A DNA stretch of 50,115 nt from positions 76,651,817 through 76,701,931 of the forward strand of contig NC_057711.1 of NCBI RefSeq assembly GCF_004010195.1. Direction: 5' to 3'. Source of the stretch: Chiloscyllium plagiosum. Its lineage: Eukaryota. The translations under genes were made by a program, and so were the position numbers. Positions 49,722 to 50,115 of this stretch are shown here, piece after piece. The notes beneath the pieces are model-generated. The model saw only the letters and a list, made by a program, of their open reading frames with translations, made no database searches and was not told the origin of the DNA. Within the stretch, counting starts at the first letter, position 1; each line of letters begins with the position of its first letter.

Positions 49722-50115
49722 AGTGATAGAGTCATAGAGATGTACAGCATGGAAACAGACCCTTCGGTCCAACCTGTCCATGCCGACCAGATATCCCAAC
49801 CTAATCAAGTCCCACCTGCTAGCACTTGGCCCATATCCCTCCAAATCCTTCCTATTCATATACCCACCCAAATACCTCTTAAATGTTACAATTGTACCAG
49901 CCTCCACCACATCCTCTAGCAGCTCATTCCATACATGTATCACCCTCTGCATGAAAAGGTTGCCTCTTAGGTCTCTTTTATATCTTTCCCCTCTCACCCT
50001 AAACCTATGCCCTCTACTTCTGGACTCCCCCACCCCAGGGAAAAGACTTTGTCTATTTACCTTATCCATGCCCCTCATAATTTTGTAAACTTCTATAAGG
50101 TCACCCCTCAGCCTC
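49722..50115 (-). mobile_element. CR1/HER1 LINE 3' end, truncated by window end
   Basis: ORF 49716-50078 MRGMDKVNRQSLFP...VWNELLEDVVEAGT; ATAGAGTCATAGAG tail. Confidence 0.95.

Noticed and set aside
1..50115. Both window ends are inverted copies breaking at nearly the same LINE position (GAGGCTGAGGGGTGACC), resembling giant terminal inverted repeats
   Set aside because: The two copies are diverged, independent HER1 insertions; a shared assembly break at a high-copy repeat is the simpler explanation
1..50115. CRISPR array or prokaryotic system
   Set aside because: No regularly spaced direct repeats or operon-like ORFs; the sequence is vertebrate repeat-rich DNA

Overview
Eukaryotic, repeat-rich, apparently intergenic or intronic DNA. 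The repeat complement (HER1/CR1 LINEs, HE1 V-SINEs, SacSINE1/Deu-SINEs) points to a cartilaginous fish, most likely a shark; this is inferred from repeat families only. No intact protein-coding gene is recognisable, and the long ORFs are mostly fragments of retroelements or DNA transposons. The window holds many 5'-truncated CR1/HER1 LINEs, L2 and RTE relics, several SINE families, two related solo LTRs plus a Gypsy-type LTR remnant, a decayed PIF/Harbinger transposase, and about ten Penelope-like element (PLE) pieces. The most striking system is the set of minimal hammerhead-ribozyme (HHR) motifs carried by small non-coding PLE derivatives. One is a perfect 176-bp spacerless palindrome with an intact HHR on each strand (3715-3890). 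Another is a tandem-plus-inverted pLTR array with three decayed HHRs and a mirrored junction, which is retrozyme-like (26096-27245). Related insertions have 11-16-bp target-site duplications (TSDs) and a shared 3' microhomology. Repeat-poor, homeobox-motif-rich islands may be conserved enhancers. Family names come from recalled consensus features, not a database search. Boundaries of old elements are approximate.
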